DNA of 64,000 nt from Malacoraja senta. Lineage: Eukaryota. Within the stretch, counting starts at the first letter, position 1; each line of letters begins with the position of its first letter. Below the pieces are notes generated by a model. It saw only the letters and a list, made by a program, of their open reading frames with translations, was not told the origin of the DNA and did not search any database. The stretch covers positions 22,384,001 through 22,448,000 of the forward strand of contig CM075988.1 in the NCBI GenBank assembly GCA_038087875.1. Direction: 5' to 3'. This document shows, in pieces, positions 39,445 through 51,438 of this stretch. The translations under genes were made by a program, and so were the position numbers.

Positions 39445-39728
39445 AGGGCCTGTCCCACTTACGCGATTTTTGTCGCGGGGTGATGCCTGTTTGGTGGTGA
39501 GTACTCGCCCAAAGAGGTCGTACCTTTTTCTGGTCGCCGCTGGATTTTCAACATGTTGAAAATTTTCGGCGACTGCCGGCACCCGTCATAGTCGCAGCAG
39601 GTCGCCGAAAATGTTCAACATGTTGAAAATCCAGCGGCGACCAGAAAAAGGTACGACTCTTTGGGCGACTACTCACCACCAAACAGTCTTCACACCCTGA
39701 CAAGAATCGCTAAAGTGGGACAGGCCCT
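39445..39728. mobile_element. Harbinger/PIF-like fold-back MITE
   Basis: TIR AGGGCCTGTCCCACTT, TTA/TAA flanks, nearly the whole element palindromic. Confidence 0.85.
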
Positions 39729-40639
39729 TAAGTGTCAGAAAGTCATGTTGCAGCTTTATAAAACCTTGGTAGGATGTATTTGGAGTATTGCGTTCAGTTC
39801 TGGTCCTCCAATTACAGAAAGGAGGTGTAGGCTTGGGAGTGGATGCAGAAGAGGTTTACCAGGATGCTGTTTGGATGAGAGAGTATTAGCTACAAGGAGA
39901 GGCTGGATAATCTTGGAATATTTTCTCCGGAGCGTTGGAGACTGAGGGGAGACCTGATAGAAGTTTGCCAATTTAAGAGAGGCATAGACACGGTAGACAA
40001 TCAGATCCTTTTTTTCCCCACAGTAGAAATATGAAATTCGACAGAGGATATCGGTTAATGGGAAAAGGGAAAGATTGAAAGGATCAAGAAGGGACTGCAG
40101 ATGCTGGAAAATCGAAAAATGCTGGAGAAACTCAGCGGGTGAGGCAGCATCTATGGAGCGAAGGAAATAGGCAACGTTTCGGGCCGAAACCCTTCTTCAG
40201 ACTGAAATCAAATCAATCATGAAATCAATGAATTCAGACAGAATCAAATATTAAAAGGTGATGTACAAGAGGGCGGTCGCAGTGGCGCAGCAGTAGAGTT
40301 GCTGCCTTACAGCGAATGCAGCGCCGGAGACCCGGGTTCGATCACCACTTGGACCAGAAAGTGTTTGTAATCTCTGAGTGCTGTGCCCTTCGTATTATTG
40401 TCCACACAGCTGAGTTGCGCTGGATGTAATGGCTAAGCACTTGGAGGTTAATCAGGGACAGTCAGCACTGAGTCAGGAGAGAGGGGGGAAAGTTGTGTCT
40501 CACCGTGATCTAAGTTCCAGCAGATTGTAGAGTGTACAGCTAAAGACAATGAGATCCACGTTTAGATTGGGTACCGTTTCGCAGTTAGCTTTTAGACGAG
40601 ACATCTCCAATATCTTATTTTTTTCACACTGTCTCTGCT

Positions 40640-40915
40640 CGCTTCACCTCCCCTCCTACTTCCTTCTTCATCTCTCCCCATCTCTATTCCTCACCCATTC
40701 TGCTTCTGAACTCTCTCTCTCTCAACCTATCTTGCTCTTACTCTTCAATCCTTCCCTCAACCCCCCTCTTCTTCCCCCTCTCCCTACTCCTCCCTCCCCC
40801 GTCCCCACCCCCTCCCCTCCCTTCCTCCCCCCCACCTCCCTCTCCTCTCCCACCTTGTCTCTCCACATCTCCCCCCACATCCCCCACTATCCTCTCCCCC
40901 CCGCCCCACCACACA
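40640..40915. repeat. Polypyrimidine / C-rich low-complexity tract
   Basis: Almost pure C/T on the plus strand, with many G-runs on the PCSK7 sense strand. Confidence 0.85.
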
Positions 40916-41420
40916 CATATAATTTTCCATTTTATCATTCCATCTATCATGGTATCATCTCATTGTGTTTGGATTCAAAAGGATCACAAGACTGCTGTCA
41001 CTTCACCTTAAGCCTCCATTTCAATGTACTACAATCCATCCCTCACAACAAACCATCGCACAAAGACCTTTCCGACTCCTCACTGTGCAATCTTCTTCAT
41101 TTTTTAAACCACGATTATAGGAGGATTTGTTTTCTTAATAATGCATGTGTCCATGAATTTGTTTGAGAACACCAAACTATGCAGCATTTACTGGAAGGTG
41201 CGGATTGAAAATCTAAAGTCAATATTATTCATGGAATTGTATTGTGATAATTTGAGGATATGCCATTGTCCTGTGCTGTGGTGATGGAGTTTCCCCTTTA
41301 GGTTTTATTGTCCGTGCCTAAGATAGATTCGGAAAGTACACGCGAATGGAAACTTGTCCACTTTGTGTGTCACTGGCCGTGTCTGGTTTAGTAAAAAGAA
41401 AGAGATCTAAAGGGGAGAGG

Positions 41421-41727
41421 TTTAGTTGAGTTTAGTTTAGAGAAGCAGAGTAGAAACAGGCCCTTCAGTCCACCTAGTCTGTGCTGACCGGCGATCACCC
41501 CAGATGGGAGTACGATTCCTACACACTAAGGACAATTTATAATTTTACAGAAACCAATTAACCTACAAACCTGCACGTCTTTGGAGTGTGGGAGGAAACA
41601 GGGGCACCAGGAGGAAACCCACGCGGTCACAGGGAGAAGGTGCAAACTCCGCACCCGTAGTCAGGATTGCACCCAGGTCTCTGGAGCTGCAACGCAGCAA
41701 CTCCACCGCTGCGCCACCGTGCCGCCC
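41421..41727 (-). mobile_element. HE1-type V-SINE
   Basis: Reverse-complement copy. Confidence 0.85.
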
Positions 41728-41859
41728 TGTTAATGGTGAGTTATGGGTAGAGTTGCAAACACGAATATAAACACCAATATTGGTCCGTTGTGCCAAATGG
41801 CTGGGTCTTTGAGTGGATGTGTGACGATGCCGTTGTGCCCAGCCGTGCCCCATTCTTAC

Positions 41860-42027
41860 CCGCGTAGCCGTGAAGACAATGATGTACTGAACATCCCGCC
41901 ACGTGAGGCATGGGCGAACCTGCAGCATCAACGCAACCATTCCTGCAGCCAGCGGTGCAGCAGCGGAGGTCCCAGTGTGCCCTTCAGTGCAGCCAGTGCC
42001 GTCTTGCATCTGCCAGTCAGAGGTCAC
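41860..42027 (-). CDS. PCSK7: PCSK7 exon (catalytic domain with active-site Ser): [56 protein letters not shown]
   Basis: 168 bp, ttcag| and |gtaag splice sites, phase 0/0. Contains the HTGTSAAAP subtilase motif and the LTWRDVQ motif, and closely matches the PC7 sequence as I recall it. Confidence 0.97.
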
Positions 42028-45000
42028 CTGAATAGCAGAGTAGGGAAGGACGATTGATTAACCACTAGTTCATCTCCAGAGAGACAATAGACAATAGACA
42101 ATAGGTGCAGGAGTAGGCCATTCGGCCCTTCGAGCCAGCACCGCCATTCAATGTGATCATGGCTGAGCATCCCCTTGGGTTAGTTTGAACTGGAAGATCA
42201 GGATACGTGATTTAGCTCATCAACTACCACTGAGTTATTGGATCTCCCAGGTTGCTATAGGAAAGTCTAACTTGGAAAGTTCTGATTATAATTTATAGGT
42301 TCGATAGAAAAATTGGTCATTTGTCCTACAGATCTCTGCAATTCAAATCCCAGACTCACCTCAGAGATACCTGGATTTACAAAGTACTTCAAATTCCAGT
42401 GATAGGTATTATTCACAAAGTACTTCAAACACTTCAAGTGCTTAAGAAAGAACTGCAGATACTGGAAAAATCAAAGGTAGATAAAAATGCTGGAGAAACT
42501 CAGCGGGTGAGGCAGCATCGCAGATGCTGCCCCACCGGCTGAGTTTCTCCAGCATTTTTATCCACCTTCAAACTCCAGTGGTAGATATGTGTAGAAAGGA
42601 ACTGCAGATGCTTGTATATACCGAAGATAGCCACAAAGTGCTGGAGTAACTCAGTGGGAGAGGCAGCATCTCTGGAGAGAAAGGATGGGTGACTTTTCGG
42701 GTCGGGACCCTTCTTCAAACTTAGCGTAGAGGGAAAGGAACAGGAGGCCAGAACAAAGCAGGGCCTGCAACAGATAATCAAGGAAGGATGGAGCCCATAA
42801 TGGTCCATTGTTGGCTGGGGAAGAGGTGATGATGAAGGGATACAAGGATGCTGGTGCTAAATGTCTCAAATCAGAGTCTGCTGTCATTTGGCCTCACTCA
42901 AGTTGACCAGACCTCAGGTCCTGGCATTGTGCTAGTTCCATAAACCAGGTCAGTAAATGCAGGATTATTAATTCAATGTTGGGGCATAAATTACAGCCAT
43001 AACAAACCATTTATTGATTTTCTGAAAGGGTAAATTGGTCCAGCACGGAAGCTTGACTGAAATTTGAATCCAGGATTGGATGAATAATTACACTTTATAA
43101 TCTACAGACCTATCTCCAAAATTATGCTATTGGTAATTTATTTTATTTTTTTATTTTTTTCTCTCTATAGCTCAATCTTTCAAAAAATCTATTAAAAATA
43201 AATAAATGGAAGCTGTGTTAATGTGTAATTGATAAACAAATTGTGTTTTGGTTATGATATGTATATGCTTCTAATAAAAAAATATTAAATTTTAAAAAAA
43301 AGAACAAACTATTTGTGATCCATCGAGGCAGGTTAAATTGGAGCCTCTCCCCACTCGCTGGCTGAGCTGCATTCGAAGCACGCAAAAACCTTTTGAACAA
43401 TGTTACTGCTTTCAGGCTGCATCAGGCTCAGACCATGAGACTGGGTGAACAATGATGTCATCACCAGAATTTTGTAGCAGTTCAAATCTATGACAATCTG
43501 TTGATCAAAGGCTTGCTGAGATCAAAGTGGCCAAAGAGTCATAAGTCCAGCATAAAATGCTGCTCCCTTGTTGCTTCTAGAACAAGGAAGATTACGCACT
43601 GTATGAAGGTGCTTCTGGTTAAGCTCTGACTTTCCTGGAAGGGTTTTGTATTACAGACATGGTTTGAGCTTAGTATTCTCAGGTGAGTCCTTGAATCACC
43701 ATCTTATTATTTTGCAAACAGTACATTGCAATGGAACATGCTATGTTTTATTTGAAGCATATTTAATAGCATGACAAAGCCAAAACATAGATGGAAGCTT
43801 GTATAAGTACCACTGAGAAAGCTTGAGCAGCAGATACAGTACGTATGGTTTATCAGAATGAGGATCCTTGGTGGATAGCAGAAGAAATGGCTGTCATAAT
43901 GTGCTATGCAGATAAACGGTTGTACACAGTGCTCTGCAGGTCCATGTATTCGATCATAATGTTTCCAGGATATATTACGCACAGCGTCATTTTAGACAAA
44001 GTGGACGGACATGATATCTTTGACCCACGAAGTCACACAGATCTCAGATTGGAGATAAACCAAAGTTTCAATTGCAACAGCAACCACTGGGTCCATGACG
44101 AAACAAGTCTCGCATTTCAGTGGCACAGATGTGGAGATGTCACCGCTCTCCATCCCCATTACAGTCACAAGCAGTGATGAATGTGTCTCTTCAACCATCA
44201 CACATTGATACCTTGAAGAGAGCCACACAGCCACAATACAAACTTTGATCTACAGTAATTCCTAGATTTATGAACGTTCGATTTATACATTTTTTGCTCT
44301 AACGCCATTGCTTACATCTTTGATTTACAAAGTTGCTTTATCATGCACCGCTCACCGTCCAAAGAATGCCTTGTACTGAAATGGTGTCATGAATTTTGCC
44401 CAGTCTGTAATGATTTATTAATTGTGCTTAGCGAAACGTTCTCTTTAGGAGCATGCCCCCTTTTCTAAGTCAAGTAAGACCTGTATTTAATTTCTGATTA
44501 CAGGCAGAGACACAACAAAATAGTTTGGCAACCCAGACATAAAAGACAGTAGCAATGGGACCAAATTATAACGTGGCTAATCCCCTATGGAGCATTAAAG
44601 GATTTGAAGACTTTGTTACCCATTTTCAATTCCCACTGTCCGTATCAAATTCCCCAATATTGGCTATCAGTCAAACGAGTGAAAAATTAATTCCCAGAAT
44701 TTTCAGATCACCGCACACACACTGACATTAATTTGAAACCAGCTGTCTCTTTAAAACGGATTCTTAATTTGTATCAGTTGAGTAACTGATAAACTAGAAT
44801 TTTCCAGCATTGGTGTTTGAAGGATTAAATATATGTCTCCAGCACATCTTAATATGCATTTTCCACAGGAACTGTAGATAATTAATAACTCGAAGATCAA
44901 CTCTCAATTTCAAGTATGTCTTTGCAAAGAGGGGCTGCACACTGGAGCAGCAGTAGAGTTGCTCTCTCACAGCACCAGAGAACCGGGTTCGATTCTGACA

Positions 45001-45941
45001 ACGGGTGCTGTCTGTACAGAGTTTGCACGTTCTCCCTGTGACCGCATGGGTTGCCTCTGGGTGCTCTCACATTCCAAAGACGTACAGGTTTGTAGGTTCA
45101 TTGGTTTCTGTAAATCGTCCCTGGCCTGTGGGATAGAATTAGTGTACGGGTGATCGCTGGTCGGTGCGGACTCGGTGGGCCAAGGGGCCTATTTCCGCGC
45201 AGTTAGTCTCAAATAACAGGAATCCACTGGTGCAGCATTAAGATTTTACCTAGGATTATTATCCGGTTTACAAACGCCATATTGACAGTTCTGGAGATAA
45301 AATATCTCATGTAGTAACAGACTGAATTCTCCAGGGCTGTGTTATAAAATAAAGTGATGTAACATGACCCTCATGTACTAATAATGAGGGCCTTGCAACA
45401 AGGCGTCAGCTTGTACACAGGGAATATTATTTACAGTCTTCAGCTTCCATGCAACATGAATAATTCTACTCAATCTGTATTGCAAATTGGCACACACATG
45501 TTAGAGAAAAATAATCAGATGATCTGAAATAGCAAAACTACTGTAACTTGATCAGTTTTCTTTTGAGGAGAGTGAGATTGCACATGTGGAGGTTATGTGC
45601 GACTGTTTGCATGTGTATGAGGTGTGTGTGTGGGTGAGAGCAATGGGAAAGGCTGTATCGTGAGAACTGCAACAGAGGCAATAATAATTTAAAAAATAGA
45701 AATGAAACATGCAAACGTGCATTCTCAGGATTGGGATGTGAACGTCGAAAATAGTGGCGAGGGCAAGTCGCGGGTTGCTGCAGTTTCCACGCGAGGTCAG
45801 GATCGAAGCCGGGTCTCTGGTGCTGTGAGTCAATTTCTCAGAATGACGAGACATTGTGCTGGCAGTGACTGGGCGTCACACCCAGAGTGTGTGGCAAATA
45901 TGGTGACATCATTACTCCGCTCTGCCACCGATCTCTCCAAA

Positions 45942-46258
45942 GACAGACACAAAATGCTGGAGTAACTCAGTGGGACAGGCAGCATCTCTGGAGAGAAGGA
46001 ATGGGTGACGTTTCGGGTCGAGACACTTCTTCAGTCTGAAGGAGGAATGGGTGACGTTTCGGGTCGAGACCCTTCTTCAGTCTGAAGGAGGAATGGGTGA
46101 CGTTTCGGGTCGAGACCCTTCTTCAGTCTGAAGAAGGGTCTCGACCCGAAACGTCCCCCATTCCTTCTCTCCAGAGATGCTGCCTGTCCCGCTGAGTTAC
46201 TCCAGCATTTTTGTGTCCATCTTCGGTTTAAACCAGCATCTGCAGTTCCTTCCTGCAC
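45942..46258. mobile_element. Fold-back Penelope pLTR with a 46-bp tandem array of hammerhead cores
   Basis: Three minus-strand cores (46007, 46053, 46099) and one plus-strand core (46128). Confidence 0.88.
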
Positions 46259-46482
46259 AATGATCTCTCCACACGGGTTTCCTGGCTCAGTATCAATGGA
46301 GAAGGCTCCCAAATGCCTGCTAAAAAAACGACCAGGAAATCCTCCCTTGATGAGTAACTAATCATATTTAAAATATTGAATCCCGCCTGTGCTCTCCGAC
46401 AACATTAAGGTTGGCCATTAACTCTGGCCTCAATACTTTCTGAATGTGCCAAATGAGAATGAAGATAGTGACTTGCTAATTT

Positions 46483-47845
46483 TTTTATTTTTTATTTTTT
46501 TATTATTTTTTTATTAGAAGTATTTTACATTACAGTAATCTGTAATAACGTAAGTTTATACAGTTCTTATACCACTTCTTATTTTAAACTTTAATAGGAA
46601 AAAACTTGCTTCTATTGTTCCAAAAATAATCAATTCTGCATTCGGTTTCAGTTTTATTTTAAATAATTTAGTGAAAATTTCAAAAATTTCATACCAAAAT
46701 GTTTGAATTTTTATACAAAAAACAAAAGAATGTGCTATAGTTGATTCTTGGATTAGGCATTTATCACAGATAGCAGAGGTATTTGGGTAAAATTTAATTA
46801 ATTTAGCTTTTGAATAGTATAATCTATGTAAAATTTTAAATTGAATCAGAGTATGTCTTACGTTAATCGAGCATTTATGCACATATAATAGGTGTTTATC
46901 CCAACTCTCTTTCGAGATTTTTATAGCTAGTTCCTGTTCCCATTCTCTTCTAATCCCATCCGATGATGGAATTTCTATGTTTAAAATGGAATTGTATAGG
47001 TATGATATTAAATTAGCTGATTCCGCTTTTATATTCATTATCCCATCTAATAGGTCAGGAGACATATTTTGATATTCTCGTGTATACTTTTTCAAATAGT
47101 CACGTATTTGAAAATATTTGAAATATTGATTACTATTCAGGTTGTATTTAAGTTGTAATTGGTGAAATGTTAAAAAACTTCCATTATCATACATATCTCC
47201 AAACGTTTTAATTCCTACTCTTTCCCAATTTATAAAAGCTCTATCTATCATAGAATGTTTAAACGAAGGGTTATTCATTATAGGTGAGAGACGTGATAGA
47301 TTTCTTAATTTTAACGTTAATTTTATTTGTTTCCAAATTCTAATTGTACTATGAATAATTGGATTTTTACTATATATTGTATTCTTCATTTTTGTTGGTG
47401 AGAGAAGGATCGCTCCTATATTAAAAGGGGAACAGTCCTCTCTCTCCATTACTATCCATTCCACCTGCTGGGCCGAATTGTCCAACAGGTGAATCATATT
47501 TTTGACATTTGTGGCCCAATAATAATATAAAAAATTGGGGAGTGATAATCCACCAAATTCTTTAGGTTTACACAAATGTTTTCTTTGGATTCTGTGGAAT
47601 TTATAGTCCCATATAAAGTTTGTAATATCAGCATCCAATTAAAAAAAAAAAAATGTTGGTAAGTATATCGGTATTGACTGGAATAGATATACAATTTGTG
47701 GTAAAAAGATCATTTTTATAGCATTTATTTGACCTATAAGAGACATCGGGAGGGTTTTCCAGAATTTAATCAGTGTTTTTAGTTTATTGAGTAAGGGCAT
47801 ATAGTTTGCATTAAATAGAGATTTATATTTTCTAGTAATTTCAAT
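46483..47845 (-). mobile_element. L1-clade LINE ORF2 fragment (late RT to Cys-rich C-terminus)
   Basis: 360-aa ORF with GGLSLPN..YYWA, QFKILHRLY and C..C....T..H.F..C. Frameshift at an A-run near 47641. A-rich tail. Flanked by a 102-bp direct repeat. Confidence 0.93.
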
Positions 47846-48423
47846 TCCCGCCTGTGCTCTCCGCCAACATTAAGGTTGGCCATTAACTCTGGCGTCAATA
47901 CTTTCTGAATGTGCCAAATGAGAATGAAGATAGTGACTTGCTAATTTATGACAGCACTGTGAAGAATCAATCTTTCACAATTCCCATAGTTTAGCGATAA
48001 ATATTCTGGCTGAGATGCTAATTTTATGACAGAAACCTCTTTAATTTAAAATATTGCCCCTTAATATATCAATTCACTCTCAGCTCTGTGTTCATCCCTC
48101 AAGATGAACTGAATGTTTTTAAGCCGCAGAAAACAAAAAGAAATAGACAATAGGTGCAGGAGTAGGCCATTCGGCCCTTCGAGCCAGCACCGCCATTCAA
48201 TGTGATCATGGCTGATCATCTGCAATCAGTACCCTGTTGCTGCCTTCTCCCCATATCCCCTGACTCCGCTATCTTCAAAAGCTCTATCTAGCTCTCTCTT
48301 GAAAGTATCCAGATATTTAAAAAATGTGGATTCAGGATATCCGAAATGAAAACAGTTGCTGGAAATGTTCATCAGGTGAAGAAGCAACAGTGGAGAGAGG
48401 AACCCGAAATCATGTTTCAGGTT

Positions 48424-48660
48424 TAAGAAAGAACTGCAGATGCTGGAAAAATCAAAGGTAGACAAAAATGCTGGAGAAACTCAGCGGGTGAGGCAGCATC
48501 TATGTAGATGCTGCCTCACCCGCTAAGTTTCTCCAGCATTTTGTAGGTTAGTGTTAATGTGCGGGGATCGCTGGTCGGCGCGGACCCGGTGGGCCGAAGG
48601 GCCTGTTTCCGCTCTGTATCTCTAAACTAAACTAAGTTTCTCCAGCATTTTTGTCTACCT
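48424..48660. mobile_element. Fold-back Penelope pLTR insertion with a nested HE1 SINE 3' fragment
   Basis: Flanking direct repeat tcatgtttcaggtt. SINE tail at ~48543-48635 with its own ~20-bp duplication. Confidence 0.8.
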
Positions 48661-49042
48661 TCATGTTTCAGGTTAATCGCCTTTCAGCTGAACTTCAGAG
48701 CTGTTTGGACTAGTCCCGGTTAAATTCACGAGCCACAGGTTAATTGGCTTCGAATAAATGTAAAATTGTCCTTAGTGTGTATAGAATAATGTTAGTGTGC
48801 GGGGATTGCTGGCCGGCATGGACTCGGTGGGCCGAAGGGCCTGTTTCGGCGCTGTATCTCTAAACTAATCCAAACCGTTTGAATTATGGACTGAAGAGAT
48901 ACTCACACAAACCACTCTGGTATTTGAACAACTACAGAGTAAACATTAGCAGCTAGAAATGAAACAAGTGCAGGTCTCCAAGTGCAAGAGGAAGTGCCTC
49001 TCCTTGTATTTTCCTAGTTAAAGCTACTCTTAATATATAATG

Positions 49043-49235
49043 TTTAAGAAAGAACTGCAGATGTTGGATAAATCGAAGGTAGACAAAAAAGCTGGAGAAA
49101 CTCAGCGGGTGAGGCAGCATCTACGGAGCGAAGGAAATAGGCGACGTTTCGGGTCGAGACACGAAACGTCGCCTATTCCTTCGCTCCATAGATGCTGCCT
49201 CACTCGCTGAGTTTCCCCAGTTTTTTGTCTACCTA
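49043..49235. mobile_element. Fold-back Penelope pLTR insertion
   Basis: Inversion inside hammerhead stem II. 11-bp TSD aatatataatg. Confidence 0.85.
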
Positions 49236-49611
49236 AATATATAATGAAGTTCTTCAGAGCCTCCATCCAACACTGAAGAGCCCCCTCCCCCACCCTAGTC
49301 ATCCTACAAGTTGCACTGTTCGCATCCTTGCAGTTAGCACATCTGTCCTCGCCAACAATGGGCCATTGTGGACTCCACCCTTCATGAGGTCATCTGTTGC
49401 CGGCCCTGGTCTTCTCTATCTTTCAGTCTGAAGAGTTCTGATCCGAAATGCCATCTATTCCTTTTCTCCAGAGATGCTGCCTGACCTGCTGAGTTGCACC
49501 AACATTTTATGTCTATCTTCCACAGACTGGCTCCGCTTGCGTAGGAAAGAACTACAGATGCTGGTTTAAACCAAAAATAGACGCAAAATTCTGGAGAAAT
49601 TCAACGGGTTA

Positions 49612-49931
49612 AAGCCCTGTCCCACAGTACAAGTTCATTCCAAGAGCTCTCCCGAGTTTGCCCTGATTCGAACTCGGAGATTTACGGTAATGGCCACTCG
49701 TCGGTACTCGGGGCTTTCGTGGACATTTTTCAACATGTTGAAAAATCTTCACGAGTCTTCCCGTACTTACCTGCCGTTAGCGAGTCTTCCCGAGTACCTG
49801 CCGTTAGCGCTAAGAGACGTCCCCGAGCTCCGACGTACCCGCTACGTTAATTCTCCGTGCATACCACGAGTTTGATTTTTTTTAAACTCAGGAGAGCTCT
49901 TGGAATGAACTCTTACCGTGGGACAGGGCTT
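49612..49931. mobile_element. ~330-bp Harbinger-like MITE copy inserted in a pLTR
   Basis: TIRs and TTA TSD. The pLTR resumes at ggcagcatc. Confidence 0.9.
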
Positions 49932-50280
49932 TTAGGCAGCATCTTCGGAGAAAAGGACTAGGTGACGTTTTGAATCGAGACCCTTCTTCAGACTGAGAGT
50001 CAGGGGAAAGGGAAACCAGAGCTTCCTGCACACTCTGGTAACTCACCACTCTCCTCTCAACTCTGCTTCATGTCTACACCCCTCCTCTCTCCAGCTCCCT
50101 CAGCCCATCTGCATGTATCTCTCTTTCCAATCAAGCAACATCTCCTCTCTCCTTTAAAATGCTTTTCCTACTGAATATTTGGCACCAGCGTTCAGACAGG
50201 CGTGCTGGTCAGTTCCAGATGGGAATGAATCGTGTTATGAGGATAGATTAAGGAGACTACCGCTGCGCCACCGTGACTTG

Positions 50281-50591
50281 GTGGTCACGGTGGCTCAGCG
50301 GTAGAGTTGCTGCCTTACAGCAAATGCAGCGCCGGAGACCCGGGTTCGATCCCGACCACAGGTGCTGCCTGTACGGACTTTCTTCTCCCCGTGACCTGCG
50401 TGGGTTTTCTCGGAAATCTTCGGTTTCCTCCCACACTCCAAAGACGTACAGGTTTGTAGGTTAATTGGCTTGGTAAATGTAAAAATTGGCCCTAGTGGGT
50501 GTAGGATAGTGATAGTGTGCGGGGGTCGCTGGTCGGCGTGGACACGGTGGGCCGAAGGGCCTGTTTCCGCGCTGTATCTCTAAACTAAACT
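50281..50591 (+). mobile_element. HE1-type V-SINE (subfamily with a short insertion in the head)
   Basis: TGGCTCAGCGG A box, GGTTCGATCC B box, tail gctgtatctctaaactaaac. Confidence 0.88.
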
Positions 50592-51140
50592 TTCTGGAAT
50601 TTAGGAGGAAGAGAAATTATTTTATTGTTGCAAGATTCCGCGAGGATAGGACAGACGTTGGGAGGATGTTTTCCCTGGTCAGTGAATCCAAATCGGGAAT
50701 AAACTATTAATGCGATTCTCAGGCTGAAACCTTCAGCATGTAATTGCTGTAAACAGGATGCTTGCTCATTGTTAAATGGATAATTGACTGCAGGAAGCAG
50801 CATCTTAATGACCTCTCAGATGCTTGGACAAGGTCTCCTGACAATTGAATGCTCAGGGCCCAGCTCTTCATTACCGAGCAACTCAATGTAATACACTGAT
50901 AGAAATGGGATTTTCCTCCTTCAGTGTTAGTTTGCCTGTGGCCTCTTTGACTGTGTGTCATTGTTATCGGAATCATGGGTCACAACACATATTAGGATGG
51001 TCGTGAGACAGTCAGTGAACAAAAGCACTTTTAATAGTTTGGATTTAATTTAGTGATACAGCACAGAAACAGGCCCTTCGGCCCACAGTGACAGTGCCGA
51101 CCCAACCATCACCCATATACTAGCATTTATCCTACACACT

Positions 51141-51438
51141 CACCCCGTTGGATTGCAACCTTGTCGTGGTCGGGGAGCTTGTGTGTCTCAGTGACCCCTA
51201 GAGCCATGTCAGCGGGAGATTCGTCTCCTGTTAGGGACTCCCATGCTGGACAGGTCGAAGGGTAGAGGCGAGACGAAGAGCGATCCACTGGTCCTCCAGA
51301 TTGGAGGTTGAGCACAGGGCTAACAACCCTGTCTCGTAAAACAAATATGTTACGGAAACAGCAACTGGAGGAATCAACAAGGACCTTCGTTACTGCCCAA
51401 CATGCCAGGAGGCATAATAGGCAGTAAGTAAGTAAGTA
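51141..51438 (+). mobile_element. Bipartite RTE-derived short retroposon (5'UTR fused to 3' end), nested in an HE1 SINE
   Basis: ccttgtcgtgg..gagccatg..ggactcccatg..ggtcctccag..gggctaacaaccc resembles RTE (Expander/BovB-like) 5'UTRs. (TAAG)n tail. 12-bp TSD atcctacacact. Confidence 0.8.

Noticed and set aside
40549..41166. 205-aa Pro/Ser/Leu-rich ORF
   Set aside because: Produced by the polypyrimidine low-complexity tract.
43707..44234. Overlapping 80-110-aa ORFs in non-repetitive sequence
   Set aside because: No recognisable domain or convincing exon structure. Could be an old repeat or conserved non-coding DNA, but unsupported.
44761..44799. Small hairpin tatcagtt-gagt-aactgata as a possible miRNA
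   Set aside because: The stem is too short and AT-rich for a pre-miRNA.
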